A DNA stretch of 64,000 nt from Podarcis filfolensis (taxonomy: Eukaryota): assembly GCA_964270895.1 (NCBI GenBank), contig OZ185443.1, one strand, 5' to 3'. The notes below the pieces were generated by a model. It had not been told where the DNA came from, ran no database searches, and saw nothing but the letters and a program-made list of their open reading frames with translations. The translations under genes and the position numbers were made by a program. Positions 62,690 to 64,000 of this stretch are shown here, piece after piece (the first letter of the stretch is position 1; every line of letters begins with the position of its first letter).

Positions 62690-63970
62690 AAGGCGGGGGA
62701 AGCAGCACATGATATAGTAGAATGGAAAGGAGGAAATCAGCCAAATTCTGGATGCCACCACCACTGTAGGAGCCAACAGCAGTAGATGTTCTTAGGAGCT
62801 GATCATTTGGCACTTGATTTTGGACTAACACACAGAGTTACAAGTCCCATTTATCCAGCAGAAAGCAAGGCCTTGAAATTTTGTCCAGTGATCTCCTAAA
62901 ACAAGCATGAAAAGGAGCCGATCCAATGTAGTGTTTAAATATCTGAATCAGTAGGAGGTTCAGGTTCAGCCCAACCTTTTTAGGTTGAGTGTCACTTGGA
63001 GAGAAAGAGTGGATACATTATGTGGATAGCGTCATTATATCGTTTAGTCACTAGATGGCACTGGACTTTGTTTTCTGTATCTATTGTGCTCTTGCTTGTG
63101 ATACAGAAAGTTATTGTCCATCTTCCTGACTGGTGCGCCCTCTAAGCCTTCCATGATACTTAAAACAGGTTTTGCTGCTGACTTTTTTAAAATCTGATTT
63201 ACACTTTTGCTCTCAAAACAAAAGAAGTGCAGGTGCCAGGTTTTCCTCCATTTGGCAGAAATTAAAGAACACGATGTGCTCTATTTTTATAGCAAACTCT
63301 CATGTTTTGACCTCCGTTTGGAGTCAGTTGGTGGGGTTCCCTCCACCTGTCAACAAAGGCAGATAAGAATTGTTTCACCAACATAAGTTGAATGAGTCAG
63401 CTGGACTTTCCCCCGTCTTACTTTCTTTCAGGGCAAGGTAGGAACATAAGAAGCTGCCTTATTGCAAGTCAGACCAATAGTGGCCGCTCACAATTTCAGG
63501 CAGGAGTCGTATCCCAGAGATCCAACCAAGGACCTTCTACTACTGAGCCACATTCTGCTAATAATTGTATTAGGAATACTCGTTTTGTTTAACCAGGAAA
63601 GAGAGACGCCGAATGTAAGATTGTGAATGTCTCTGGGTTAAAATGCATGTTCATAGGAGCTGTGCAAAAATAATAAGATAAAGGAATCTTTACTTTATTC
63701 AAGTATATGCCCTAAAATCAAGGAATGATTTACCTGTCATTTGTCACAAGATATGCAAGAACCCCATAGAGAAAACACAAGGATTATGATGCCCATTGTA
63801 CTACTGATATCGCGCCCTTCCCAGACAGTTGTTAACTAACCATTTGTCACAAAGTAATAAACTTGGAGACATACATGTTGCTAGCAGTGGAAGCCAGTCA
63901 ATTAATGACTACAGTCTCTTCTCTTATGGAATGTTATTATCTCCATAAGAAACATGGTGGGCATCTCCAG

Positions 63971-63996
63971 GTAGTAGTAGTAGTAGTAGTAGTAGT
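63971..63996. repeat. (GTA)n microsatellite
   Basis: Direct reading. Confidence 0.9.
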
Positions 63997-64000
63997 AATA

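Overview
Vertebrate (squamate, probably lacertid-lizard-like, judged from Sauria SINEs, BovB and the MITE repertoire) genomic window carrying the conserved WDR19-RFC1-KLB block. It contains the last 15 coding exons of WDR19/IFT144 (+, 119-15478, plus a probable non-coding last exon) and the complete 25-exon RFC1 gene (-, 16973-53725; my exon lengths sum to 3444 nt = 1147 aa + stop). It also contains exon 1 of beta-klotho, KLB (+, 59709-60458). Introns are packed with transposable elements: five Sauria SINEs, two BovB, RTE, L2, CR1, Rex1/Babar and a zinc-knuckle LINE, hAT and Tc1/mariner MITEs, a solo LTR, and a full-length but inactivated 1.6-kb Tc1 element. There is one 141-N gap. I found no evidence of a wholly new multi-gene system. 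The most interesting signals are: the mammal-orthologous KLB start codon is out of frame and forms an overlapping uORF; KLB has an in-frame 15-bp duplication; the Tc1 is fish-like and has a 28-bp micro-inversion in one TIR; a CpG-rich hAT element sits beside the RFC1 promoter; and the WDR19 and RFC1 3' ends nearly abut. Exon numbers and human comparisons come from my recollection of the human genes, not from a database search.
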